The notes below the pieces were generated by a model. That model saw only the letters and a list, made by a program, of their open reading frames with translations, was not told the origin of the DNA and made no database searches. A stretch of DNA of 40,000 nucleotides from Lebetimonas sp. JH292. GTDB lineage: Bacteria > Campylobacterota > Campylobacteria > Campylobacterales > Nautiliaceae. This document shows positions 1 through 7,966 of this stretch, piece by piece; position 1 is the first letter of the stretch, and each line of letters starts with the position of its first letter. Position numbers and translations under genes: made by a program. Where the stretch lies: contig NZ_ATHQ01000001.1 in assembly GCF_000523275.1 (NCBI RefSeq), forward strand, positions 1,021,289-1,061,288. The letters run 5' to 3'.

Positions 1-1
1 A

Positions 2-118
2 AATAGCGGGGAATTATTAAATGAAGCAAAAGAGATTATTGAAAAATGGGCTAAAAAATATAATGTAATTTTAGAAGAAGTAAAAGAAAATGTTTTTTAT
101 ATAAAAGGTATTAATTGA
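2..118 (+). CDS. 3' end of an unidentified protein-coding gene (partial, runs off the window start)
   Basis: Open frame from position 2 to TGA at 116-118 (...ELLNEAKEIIEKWAKKYNVILEEVKENVFYIKGIN*). Too short to assign a family. It converges on moeA and overlaps its 3' end by 8 nt. Confidence 0.3.
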   Translation, partial: NSGELLNEAKEIIEKWAKKYNVILEEVKENVFYIKGIN

Positions 119-1334
119 ACATATTGTTTTTATTGCTAAACTGATTTACAAAAGGTATGATTTTTAAAATTGTATCTTTTGTAATTATTTCATTCCCTTT
201 TTGAATAATTGCAACCGAATTGGATTTAAGGAGGGGTTTTAGCATTCCTGAACCGTATTTATAACTGTTATATACTTCCCATTCTCCGTTTTCATAAAAT
301 CCGAGTGCCGTATGGTCTTTTTTTGAATTAACTTTAAAATCGTTTTTGTTTTTTGCAAAATAAGTCTCATGATAATATTTGTCTGCACCGCTCATTTTTC
401 TTAAAACTGGTATTCCTATGCAAAACATATTTAAAAAACTGCTTAAAGGATTTCCGGGCATTGCAAAAATAAATTTTTTACCTATTTTTCCTATCATGGT
501 AGGACGTCCGGGTTTTACCATTATTCCGTGAAAAAATTCTTTTAACCCCAAGGTTTTAAAAACATTAAACATAAAATCTTTTTCCCCGAAACTTATTCCG
601 CCGCTTGTTATGATTACATCATAAAAATTTAGTATATTTTTTATTTCTTTTAATGTTTCTTCGTAAGTATCTGCTACAATTCCGATAATATCGGCATTAA
701 AACTGTATTTTTTTAAGAGTGAATAAATTGAGTAAGAATTGATGTTATATATTTCATCTTCATCGGCTTTTTCATAAGGCTCTTTCAGTTCATTTCCGCT
801 TGAAAGTATGGCAATAGAAGGTTTTTTATATACTTTTATATTTGTAATTCCCTGGCTTGCAAGCAGTGCTATTGTTTCAGGTGTTATTTCTTCGCCTTTT
901 TTTATTAAAATTTCTCCTTTTTGGATATCTTCGCCTTTTTTTCTTACATTGGCGCCTTTTTTTATTTCTGGAATTTCAATATATTCACCTGTAACTTTTA
1001 AGCAGTTTTCAATCGGAATTACAGTATCTATATCTTTTGGGATTTTTGCCCCTGTCATAATTTTAACGCATTCATTGTTTTTTATATCAAAATCATCAAA
1101 TTTATCTCCGGCATAAATAGTTTTTATAATTTTAAATTTTTTTTTGTCTGAATGTTTAAATCCAAATCCGTCCATGGCGGAGTTGTCAAATGAAGGGTTG
1201 TTTTTAGCGGCTTTTACATCTTCGGCTAAAAAATAACCTAAGGCTTCATTTATAAAAACATTTTTGGAAGTTGATAAAAAACTTTCTTTTAAAGAAACTT
1301 CCAAAGCCTCTTTATAGGGAATATTATTTAACAT
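111..1334 (-). CDS. moeA: Molybdopterin molybdenumtransferase MoeA
   Basis: 407 aa with MoeA hallmarks: NSAMDGFGF, the MoCF-biosynthesis segment DVIITSGGISFGEKDF, and AMPGNPLSS. The start ATG overlaps the infC stop (TAATG). Confidence 0.88.
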   Translation of the reverse strand: MLNNIPYKEALEVSLKESFLSTSKNVFINEALGYFLAEDVKAAKNNPSFDNSAMDGFGFKHSDKKKFKIIKTIYAGDKFDDFDIKNNECVKIMTGAKIPKDIDTVIPIENCLKVTGEYIEIPEIKKGANVRKKGEDIQKGEILIKKGEEITPETIALLASQGITNIKVYKKPSIAILSSGNELKEPYEKADEDEIYNINSYSIYSLLKKYSFNADIIGIVADTYEETLKEIKNILNFYDVIITSGGISFGEKDFMFNVFKTLGLKEFFHGIMVKPGRPTMIGKIGKKFIFAMPGNPLSSFLNMFCIGIPVLRKMSGADKYYHETYFAKNKNDFKVNSKKDHTALGFYENGEWEVYNSYKYGSGMLKPLLKSNSVAIIQKGNEIITKDTILKIIPFVNQFSNKNNMFN

Positions 1335-1864
1335 TATTTTTTCTTGGATTTTTTTACAGGGGTTACCAGTAAATTTATATAATTTCCTTCAAGTTTAGGC
1401 TCGTTTTGTTTTTCAGCCACATCTTTTATCATTTCCCAAACCCTGTTTATAACTTCAAAACCTTTCTCAGGTGTTGCAAGTTCTCTTCCTCTTAAAAAAA
1501 CTCTTAGTTTTACATGTTTTCCTTTTTCAAGAAAATCTTTTATATGTTTAACTTTATAATTTATATCGTTGTCTTGAATTTTACTTGTAAATTTTACTTC
1601 TTTGACTTCAATTTTAACCTGTTTTTTCTTTGCTTCTTTTTTCTTTCTTTCCTGTTCATATCTGTATTTTCCGTAATCCATGGCTTTAGCAACGGGAGGG
1701 TTGGCATTTGGGGCTACGCATACCAAATCAAGACCTTTATTATATGCTGTTTCAAGCGCCTTTGCTGAATCTACTATTTTAGGCTCACCTTGGGTATCTA
1801 CAAATCTTACTCTGTCTGTAAAATCAACTACTTCTTCGTTCAATAAAACCTTGTCTTTACTCAT
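1334..1864 (-). CDS. infC: Translation initiation factor IF-3
   Basis: 176 aa. IF-3 N- and C-domain pattern (GEPKIV..., GLDLVCVAPNANPPVAKAMDYGKYRYEQERKKKEAKKKQ, KEVKF...I..HD...K). The ATG overlaps the thrS stop (ATGA). Confidence 0.9.
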   Translation of the reverse strand: MSKDKVLLNEEVVDFTDRVRFVDTQGEPKIVDSAKALETAYNKGLDLVCVAPNANPPVAKAMDYGKYRYEQERKKKEAKKKQVKIEVKEVKFTSKIQDNDINYKVKHIKDFLEKGKHVKLRVFLRGRELATPEKGFEVINRVWEMIKDVAEKQNEPKLEGNYINLLVTPVKKSKKK

Positions 1865-3696
1865 AATTTAACCTCGCATAATTTTTTGATCATTTCCACA
1901 AATTCTCCTTTGCTTAATTTATATTGTTCTCTTTTTTTTCTGTCTCTTATGGCAACCAAATCATTTTCCACCTCTTCATCACCTATAATTACTACATATC
2001 CGACTCTTTGTTTTTCAGCATTTCTTATTCTTTTATTGAGTGAATCACCGCTGTCATAAATTTCGGTAATAATATCGTCATTAAGAAGTTCTTTTTGAAT
2101 TTCTTTTGCATAATTTACATGATTTTCATTGATTGGAACAAAAATCGCTTTAACAGGAGCTATAAAAGTAGGATATTCGCCTGCATAATGTTCTGTAAGG
2201 ATTGCTATAAATCTTTCAAAACTTCCAATAATCGCTCTGTGAATCATTACCGGACGTTTTTTGGTGTTGTTTTCATCAATATAATTTATGTCAAATCTTT
2301 CAGGCAGGTTAAAATCCACCTGAATTGTTCCGCATTGCCATTTTCTCCCTATTGCATCAGTAATTTTTATGTCTATTTTCGGACCGTAAAATGCCCCTCC
2401 GCCTTCGTCTATTCCATAATTTCTGTTAAGTCTGTTTAATGCACCTTTGAGGGCATTGGTTGCTTTTTCCCAAATTTCATCGCTTCCTATTGATTTTTCA
2501 GGTTTTGTAGAAATTTCCATTTCATACTCAAAGCCGAATCTTTGCATTATGGCATCTACAAATTCGAGTACTTTTATTACTTCATCTTCTATCTGATCGT
2601 CCCTGCAGAATATATGTGCGTCATCCTGGGTAAATTCCCTAACTCTTAAAAGTCCGTGTAAAACTCCGGATTTTTCGTGTCTGTGGACTGTTCCGAATTC
2701 AAAAAATCTAAGAGGCAGTTCTTTATAACTTCTTACTTTATGCCCGAAAATTTTGACATGAGAGAGGCAATTCATCGGTTTAATACCGTATTCTTCTGCA
2801 GGTTTATTAGGATCGTCGTTTTCAATTTCTGTAAAATACATATTTTCCTTGTAGTTATAATAATGCCCCGAAATTTTCCACATATGGCTTCTTAGAAGCT
2901 CAGGCCCTTTTACAGGTAGGTAATTTCTTCTTATATGGGCAGAATATAAAAGTTTTTCAAGATTGCCTCTAAGAAGTGCACCTTTTGGCAGCCAAATCGG
3001 CATTCCTGCCCCGATTTCTTCATCAAACATCCAAAGTTCAAGCTCAGTACCAAGTTTTCTGTGGTCTCTTTTTTTTGCCTCTTCAAGCATTTTAAGATAC
3101 TTTTGCAATGCCTCTTTTGTTGCAAAAGCGGTTCCGTAAATTCTTGTCAGCATCTCGTTTTTACTATCTCCTCCTAAATAGGCACCGGCAACTTTTTGAA
3201 GTTTTACGTTTTGAAGGTATTTTGTGTTTGGCACGTGAGGTCCGCGGCATAGGTCTTCAAAATCCCCCTGTTTATAAATAGAAACCTTGTCTTCATCAAT
3301 CATATCCAAAACAGCCTGTTTCAGTTCATCATCTTTAAATTTTTTTCTTGCTTCATCCATTGAAATATAATATTTTTCAATAGGGATTTTTTTCTTAGCA
3401 AGGGCTTTCATTTTCTTTTCAATATTTTTTAAATCTTTATCGGTAATGCTTTTTTGAGTTTTTAAATCATAATAAAATCCGTTTTCTATGGTAGGGCCCA
3501 CATAAAATTTTGCATCGGGATAAAGCTCTTTTACAGCCTGTGCCATTAAGTGGGCAGCTGAGTGTCTTATAAGTTCGAGTGCTTCAGAAGAGTTATCGAA
3601 AAATATTGGTTCTAAATTTTCAATACCCATTTCCTGAGCTGTTTGAATATCAATAATTTTATCATTATATTTATAACCGATTATATCGTTATGCAT
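1861..3696 (-). CDS. thrS: Threonine--tRNA ligase
   Basis: 611 aa. Second additional domain (HSAAHLMAQAV), class II catalytic motifs (FRVREFTQDDAHIF, HRAIIGSFERFIAILTEHYAG) and a C-terminal anticodon-binding domain. Confidence 0.95.
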   Translation of the reverse strand: MHNDIIGYKYNDKIIDIQTAQEMGIENLEPIFFDNSSEALELIRHSAAHLMAQAVKELYPDAKFYVGPTIENGFYYDLKTQKSITDKDLKNIEKKMKALAKKKIPIEKYYISMDEARKKFKDDELKQAVLDMIDEDKVSIYKQGDFEDLCRGPHVPNTKYLQNVKLQKVAGAYLGGDSKNEMLTRIYGTAFATKEALQKYLKMLEEAKKRDHRKLGTELELWMFDEEIGAGMPIWLPKGALLRGNLEKLLYSAHIRRNYLPVKGPELLRSHMWKISGHYYNYKENMYFTEIENDDPNKPAEEYGIKPMNCLSHVKIFGHKVRSYKELPLRFFEFGTVHRHEKSGVLHGLLRVREFTQDDAHIFCRDDQIEDEVIKVLEFVDAIMQRFGFEYEMEISTKPEKSIGSDEIWEKATNALKGALNRLNRNYGIDEGGGAFYGPKIDIKITDAIGRKWQCGTIQVDFNLPERFDINYIDENNTKKRPVMIHRAIIGSFERFIAILTEHYAGEYPTFIAPVKAIFVPINENHVNYAKEIQKELLNDDIITEIYDSGDSLNKRIRNAEKQRVGYVVIIGDEEVENDLVAIRDRKKREQYKLSKGEFVEMIKKLCEVKL

Positions 3697-3744
3697 TTTT
3701 GTCCTTTGAAGTATTTTGAAGGTTTAATAGTAGAAATAATAATC

Positions 3745-3785
3745 AAATGTAAAATCCTACTTTATTAATTTTCCATTTTACATTT
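3745..3785 (-). repeat. Perfect 11-bp inverted repeat (AAATGTAAAAT / ATTTTACATTT, 19-nt spacer) inside the predicted thrS leader
   Basis: Direct reading: arms at 3745-3755 and 3775-3785 are exact reverse complements. Function unknown; possibly a leader hairpin or operator. Confidence 0.6.
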
Positions 3786-3822
3786 TTGATTTTCAATTAA
3801 ATTAACCCCTTTTTTGGTATGA

Positions 3823-3851
3823 ATTTTAACTTAATTAATTTTTAATGTCAA
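3823..3851 (-). promoter_or_regulatory. Candidate sigma70-type promoter for thrS-infC-moeA
   Basis: On the minus strand: TTGACA (3851-3846), exactly 17 nt spacer, TAAAAT (3828-3823). This predicts a leader of about 120 nt before the thrS ATG at 3696. Confidence 0.45.
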
Positions 3852-4102
3852 CAAAAAATAATGGAGAATGGAGAAATATACCAACCCTACGGTTATTTTG
3901 ACAATTTGATAATGAGTGAATAGTGAGTAGTGAATGGTAAATAAATGTAAATTTTTTTATAATAATTGGTATTAATAATGGAAAATTAAAAAACGAAAAG
4001 TAAAAATTATAAATAGAAAATTTTAATAAAATGTTTTTACATTTATTTTTTATTTCCAATTATACATTTTACATTGAATAAGGTGTCAGAGAAATTTTTG
4101 TG

Positions 4103-4133
4103 TTAAAAAGAAAAATCCCAAAAAAAAGGGATT
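4103..4133 (-). terminator. Rho-independent terminator of atpE
   Basis: On the minus strand: AATCCC-(T)8-GGGATT hairpin overlapping the atpE stop codon, followed by TTTCTTTTTAA. Confidence 0.7.
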
Positions 4134-4434
4134 ATCCTAAGAATGGATTAGCATAAAGTGCTATTAAAGCAAGTACAAGTGCATAAATAACTTGTGCTTC
4201 GATCATCGCTAATGCGATGAACATTGTACCCATTAATTTACCACCAAGCTGAGGGTTTCTTGCAGTACCAGCAATAGTGGCAGCAGCAGTATGACCCATT
4301 CCGATAGCACCACCAAGTGCAGCCAAACCTAAACCTACAACGGCTGCTACTACGCTGTAAGCTTGAATCATAGTAGAATCACCTGCAAATGCAAATGCCA
4401 AAAATCCTGCCATTAAAAGAGCGATTTTTTTCAT
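4132..4434 (-). CDS. atpE: F0F1 ATP synthase subunit c
   Basis: 100 aa. Two-helix proteolipid with GLAALGGAIGMG, the polar loop ARNPQ and the ion-binding helix ALAMIEAQVIYALVLALI. It stands alone, with no other atp genes adjacent. Confidence 0.9.
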   Translation of the reverse strand: MKKIALLMAGFLAFAFAGDSTMIQAYSVVAAVVGLGLAALGGAIGMGHTAAATIAGTARNPQLGGKLMGTMFIALAMIEAQVIYALVLALIALYANPFLG

Positions 4435-4605
4435 TTTCTTCTCCTGTATATTTTATTACGCTATGCCCGTTCGGCTTGCGTATCCCTACTTATCACACAG
4501 CGCATTGCAATTATAAATAAAAATTAATTTTTTTGCAAGAGATAAAAAATAAGGCACTGACTAAATGTAAAAGATTTTTTAGAAATTGTTTTTCTCTTTA
4601 ATTTG

Positions 4606-4614
4606 TGGTATAAT
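4606..4614 (+). promoter_or_regulatory. Extended -10 promoter (TGgTATAAT) for the 4732 gene
   Basis: TGGTATAAT at 4606-4614, about 118 nt upstream of the ATG at 4732. Confidence 0.5.
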
Positions 4615-4731
4615 AATTATAAGATAAGTTTTACTTATCTTAAGCTTTATTTAAGTTTTAGGCTGTATAATTACACCGAATGTGTATTCATTAGGTTAAT
4701 GAATGCACACATAAAATTAAAAGGAGAAAAC

Positions 4732-5076
4732 ATGAGACGCTTAGCAAAAATGTTGGTAGCTGGAGCGCTACTTGCAAGTGTCACAGCAACAATGGCATTT
4801 GCTGATTACAACAAAGGATTTAAGTATTACCAAAAATATGTGAAAAGAGCTTCACATGTTAAAGGTACTGAATTCCTTAAAATCATAGGTGCAAAAACAC
4901 CTGACGACATTAATGCATTACTTAAAAATAATGCAAAACCGTTAATTTCTCTACTTGAAAAAAAAGGTCAAAAAAAAGCTGCTAAAGCTATTGAAAAAAT
5001 CGTTAAAAAACATAAACTTAACGATTTAAAAGACTTTTTGGTAGGAATGGTTAACGGTAAAATTCCAGCTGGCTGA
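4732..5076 (+). CDS. Small secreted/periplasmic lysine-rich protein, function unknown
   Basis: I chose the internal ATG at 4732, preceded by AAAGGAGAAAAC. It gives MRRLAKMLVAGALLASVTATMAFA-DY, a classical signal peptide. There is no CxxCH heme motif. The ORF-track start at 4603 adds a low-complexity extension with no RBS. Confidence 0.7.
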   Translation: MRRLAKMLVAGALLASVTATMAFADYNKGFKYYQKYVKRASHVKGTEFLKIIGAKTPDDINALLKNNAKPLISLLEKKGQKKAAKAIEKIVKKHKLNDLKDFLVGMVNGKIPAG

Positions 5077-5087
5077 TAACGCTTAAC

Positions 5088-5117
5088 AGGGCTTCGGTGA
5101 AGCCTTACGTTTTTTTA
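5088..5117 (+). terminator. Rho-independent terminator
   Basis: Hairpin GGCTTC-GGT-GAAGCC (5090-5104, extendable by A-T and G-T pairs) followed by TTACGTTTTTTT. Confidence 0.75.
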
Positions 5118-5124
5118 AATATTT

Positions 5125-5133
5125 TGATATAAT
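5125..5133 (+). promoter_or_regulatory. Extended -10 promoter (TGaTATAAT) for selC
   Basis: TGATATAAT at 5125-5133, which is 13 nt upstream of the first tRNA nucleotide. Confidence 0.5.
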
Positions 5134-5145
5134 TTTTTCTTCAAT

Positions 5146-5244
5146 GGAGGGGATGTGATCCTGGTGGACACCCCGGGCTTCAAACCCGGTGGGGCGGCAG
5201 GTGACTGTTTGCCCGGAAGGTTCGATTCCTTCCCCCTTCCGCCA
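5146..5244 (+). tRNA. selC: tRNA-Sec (anticodon UCA)
   Basis: 99 nt, GGAGGGGA...CCCCTTCC-G-CCA. Extended acceptor stem, anticodon stem CCGGG/CCCGG around the loop CUUCAAA (UCA), a very long variable arm (GGGCGGCAG-GTGA-CTGTTTGCCC), T-arm GGAAGG-TTCGATT-CCTTCC, and an encoded CCA. It lies next to selA/selB. Confidence 0.9.
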
Positions 5245-5315
5245 AAAAATTATAAATTTTATTTATAGATAATTAGTGTCTGTCACTATTAAAATAAGAA
5301 AAAAGAGAAAGAAAA

Positions 5316-6182
5316 TTATTTGTGAAAAGTTTTAATTGCTTTTTCTTTGAACTCTTCGATTTTTTGAAGAAGTTTTTTAAATATATTTTCTGTTTTACTG
5401 CCGTTTTTAATCTCTTTTTCAAGCTGTGTAATTTGTTCTTTTAACATTTTGTATGTTGTATCGCTTGTGCTTGTATATCCTAAAATTTCAGCTAAAGATA
5501 TCTGTTTTTTTGCTTCATCTAAATATTTTAAAGCCTGGTTTTTGTCTTTTTTAACACTTTCACTGGCATTTTTAACAAGGGCTTGAGCTTTGATAAGCGG
5601 GATAGGAATAACGGTATCTGTTTCTACCAATGTTGAAAGCGCCATTGACAAAACATCTTTTGCTTCTTTGGCTTTTCCTTCATTTATATATTTTAACGCC
5701 AAATTAAGAGCCGCCGGATATGTTGCAATAGGCAAATTGATTGTTTTGATCACAATTTCGCTTCTCAGAGAATTTAATACTTCCCTTGCCTGAGGTAATT
5801 TATTTTCTGCTACAAGTATTTTTACTTCATTTACAAGTTTTTTTACGTCTTTTACATCCCCTTGATATTGATATGCGTTAATTTGAACATCAACAGGTAA
5901 AAGATAAGGTGTATTAGGTCTATTTAATAAATCGCTAAGTTCCCCAATAGCTTTTTTTATTGAGTCTTTTGCTTTTTTAGTATTTTTTCCGCTTATATAT
6001 ATTAATGTATCCTGGGTATATTGGATAGCTTTTACCGCTTCATTTGCAAGTTCAGTGTTTTGGGCTTTTTTTTCCGCTTTGATTACGGCTTTTTTACTCA
6101 CCTGAGCGGTTTTTGCATCTGCGGCTAAACTAGATGATACCAAAATGGAAGCCAATACCACTGATGTTAAAATTCTTTTCAT
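5316..6182 (-). CDS. Secreted all-helical protein, tentatively YfdX-like; function unknown
   Basis: 288 aa with signal peptide MKRILTSVVLASILVSSSLAADA and helical, K/E-rich repeats. The segment NLPIATYPAALNLALKYINEGKAKEAKDVL...TDTVIPIPL recalls YfdX-family proteins; this is from memory and unverified. Confidence 0.6.
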   Translation of the reverse strand: MKRILTSVVLASILVSSSLAADAKTAQVSKKAVIKAEKKAQNTELANEAVKAIQYTQDTLIYISGKNTKKAKDSIKKAIGELSDLLNRPNTPYLLPVDVQINAYQYQGDVKDVKKLVNEVKILVAENKLPQAREVLNSLRSEIVIKTINLPIATYPAALNLALKYINEGKAKEAKDVLSMALSTLVETDTVIPIPLIKAQALVKNASESVKKDKNQALKYLDEAKKQISLAEILGYTSTSDTTYKMLKEQITQLEKEIKNGSKTENIFKKLLQKIEEFKEKAIKTFHK

Positions 6183-6245
6183 TTTTCCCTCCTAAAGTTT
6201 TATTTTTTAGAATTATATAATTTTAGTCGTTTATTGTCAACAATT

Positions 6246-6554
6246 TTATTTATATTTATTTATATTTTTTAAATACTCGATTATAACTTCTTCGACTGTC
6301 GATTTTTTTTGTTGAGGTATATAAACTTTGAAGTATTTATCATCAATATTTTCACCTGTTATAATATGCTTCATAAAAACGGCTTTTAAAAAATTAATTA
6401 GTTTAGTTTTGTCTTTTGTCTGATATGAAGGTGATTTCATAGAAGAATATTCTTTTGTTTTAGTGTCATAAAGAATTAAATATTTACATTCTTCAAAATG
6501 TGGACAAAATTTTGAAGTCATCCATTCTCCGTCGCTTGTTATAATTATTTTCAT
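6246..6554 (-). CDS. Small NifB/NifX-like (dinitrogenase FeMo-cofactor-binding fold) domain protein, tentative
   Basis: 102 aa. MKIIITSDG...HFEECKYLILYDTKTKE...IITGENID follows the MKIAv.s.G..v..HFG....f.iyD pattern of that family, but the match is weak. Confidence 0.5.
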   Translation of the reverse strand: MKIIITSDGEWMTSKFCPHFEECKYLILYDTKTKEYSSMKSPSYQTKDKTKLINFLKAVFMKHIITGENIDDKYFKVYIPQQKKSTVEEVIIEYLKNINKYK

Positions 6555-6568
6555 AAAAATCCTTTTTT

Positions 6569-6577
6569 TGATAAAAT
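6569..6577 (+). promoter_or_regulatory. Possible extended -10 promoter (TGaTAAAAT) for selAB
   Basis: TGATAAAAT at 6569-6577, about 40 nt upstream of the selA ATG. A short palindrome ATACCGGCGGTAT lies between them. Confidence 0.35.
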
Positions 6578-6616
6578 ATTAACAAAAATACCGGCGGTAT
6601 TTTACAAAGGAAAGAA

Positions 6617-7966
6617 ATGAATCTGTTTAGACAAATTCCAAAAGTGGATAAACTTTTAAAAAATAAAAATCTTCAAGATATTCCAGAGAATGTTTTGCTT
6701 TATTCCATACATTCAGTTTTGAATGAACTCAGAGAAAAAATAAAAAATAATAAAATAGATAAAATAGATGAAAATAAAATAATAAATGAAATTGAAAAAA
6801 AAGCTTGCGGCATATTAAGCCCTTCTTTAATTAATGTAATTAATGCCACAGGTGTTACAATCCATACAAATCTCGGCAGAAGTTTGATAGATGAAGAGAT
6901 TTTTGATGAAGCAAAGAAAGTCAGTACGCATTACTGTAATTTAGAATATGATTTGGATAAAGGAAAAAGGGGGGACAGGTATCATCACAGTGCGAAACAT
7001 TTGAGTTTTCTTTTTGGGTGTGAAGATGCGTTGGTTGTTAATAATAATGCGGCGGCTGTATTTTTGATTTTAAACACATTTGCAAAAGACAAAGAGGTTA
7101 TAGTGTCAAGAGGCGAACTTGTTGAAATAGGGGGAAGTTTCAGAGTGCCTGAAGTTATGAAAGCAAGCGGTGTAAAACTTGTTGAAGTCGGAACTACAAA
7201 TAAAACAAAACCAAAAGATTATGAAGAGGCAATCAATGAAAATACAGCAATGCTTATGAAAGTTCACAAATCAAATTATACTATTGAAGGGTTTAGTGAA
7301 GAAGTTTATATTGATGAAATTGTCAATCTTTCCCGTAAACATAATCTGCTTGATTATTATGATTTGGGAAGTGCATATATTCCAAAGCTTCCTTACGGAC
7401 TTTCAAACGCTGAGCCTTCAATTAATGATATAATGAAATTTTTACCTTCACTTATTAGTTTTAGCGGTGATAAACTTTTTGGAGGAGTTCAGGCGGGAAT
7501 AATTCTTGGTAAAAAAGAACTTATTAATAAACTTAAAAAAAATCAGATATTAAGGATGTTCAGGGTTGATAAAATTACACTCTCCCTTATTCAGGCAACC
7601 ACTCTTGCATATATTAAAAAAGAATATGAAAAAATTCCAACCCTCAGACAGATTTTTGCATCTATTGATGAACTCAAAAACAGGGCAAAAAAAATACTTA
7701 GCCTAACACCAGCCCTAAGGGCTAATATAAAAGAATCAAAAACATACGTAGGCGGGGGGACTATGCCAAATAAAGCCATTCCTACCGTGGTAATTGAAAT
7801 TGAAGGAAATGCTGTGAATTGGGAGAAAAAATTTAGAGAAAAACTTGTTATCGGTAGAATAGAAAATGAACATTTTGTGCTTGATGTAAGAACAATTCAG
7901 GATGATGAAATAGAAAAACTTGCAAATATAATAAATAAATTAATAAGCTGTGAGGTGAAAAGATGA
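6617..7966 (+). CDS. selA: L-seryl-tRNA(Sec) selenium transferase (selenocysteine synthase)
   Basis: 449 aa. INATGVTIHTNLGRS and the PLP-lysine motif FSGDKLFGGVQAGII match SelA. The stop overlaps the selB start (ATGA). Confidence 0.93.
   Translation: MNLFRQIPKVDKLLKNKNLQDIPENVLLYSIHSVLNELREKIKNNKIDKIDENKIINEIEKKACGILSPSLINVINATGVTIHTNLGRSLIDEEIFDEAKKVSTHYCNLEYDLDKGKRGDRYHHSAKHLSFLFGCEDALVVNNNAAAVFLILNTFAKDKEVIVSRGELVEIGGSFRVPEVMKASGVKLVEVGTTNKTKPKDYEEAINENTAMLMKVHKSNYTIEGFSEEVYIDEIVNLSRKHNLLDYYDLGSAYIPKLPYGLSNAEPSINDIMKFLPSLISFSGDKLFGGVQAGIILGKKELINKLKKNQILRMFRVDKITLSLIQATTLAYIKKEYEKIPTLRQIFASIDELKNRAKKILSLTPALRANIKESKTYVGGGTMPNKAIPTVVIEIEGNAVNWEKKFREKLVIGRIENEHFVLDVRTIQDDEIEKLANIINKLISCEVKR

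Noticed and set aside
808-1116. Antisense or alternate-frame ORFs from the six-frame track. Examples: 808-1116, 1514-1768, 1680-1871, 2095-2439, 2677-2895, 2931-3125, 5590-5793, 7591-7779, 7848-8414, 9308-9493, 9514-9813, 11324-11515, 11691-11873, 12724-12930, 16644-17090, 17668-17928, 18937-19371, 19977-20225, 21854-22096, 24894-25112, 26479-26691, 26759-27187, 28595-28870, 30033-30224, 32870-33058, 32991-33173, 36582-36773, 37716-37904, 37911-38222, 38252-38533 and 39585-39833.
   Set aside because: Each lies inside a gene with strong family signatures on the other strand or in another frame. Their translations are low-complexity (F/I/L/S/K-rich) as expected for random frames in AT-rich DNA, and none has a convincing RBS.
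3835-4059. 74-aa ORF in the thrS/atpE intergenic region
   Set aside because: It has a low-complexity, hydrophobic and Asn-rich translation and no RBS. It overlaps the predicted thrS promoter and the tandem heptamer repeats. I treat the region as non-coding.
4603-4731. N-terminal 43-codon extension of the small secreted protein (track start at 4603)
   Set aside because: The extension overlaps the TGGTATAAT promoter box and is low complexity. The internal ATG at 4732 has a strong AAAGGAG RBS and yields a canonical signal peptide at the extreme N-terminus.
5146-5244. Alternative identities for the structured RNA (tRNA-Ser, tmRNA fragment)
   Set aside because: The anticodon loop reads CUUCAAA (UCA, complementary to UGA). 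The extended acceptor stem, very long variable arm and 99-nt length fit tRNA-Sec, and the gene lies in the sel locus.
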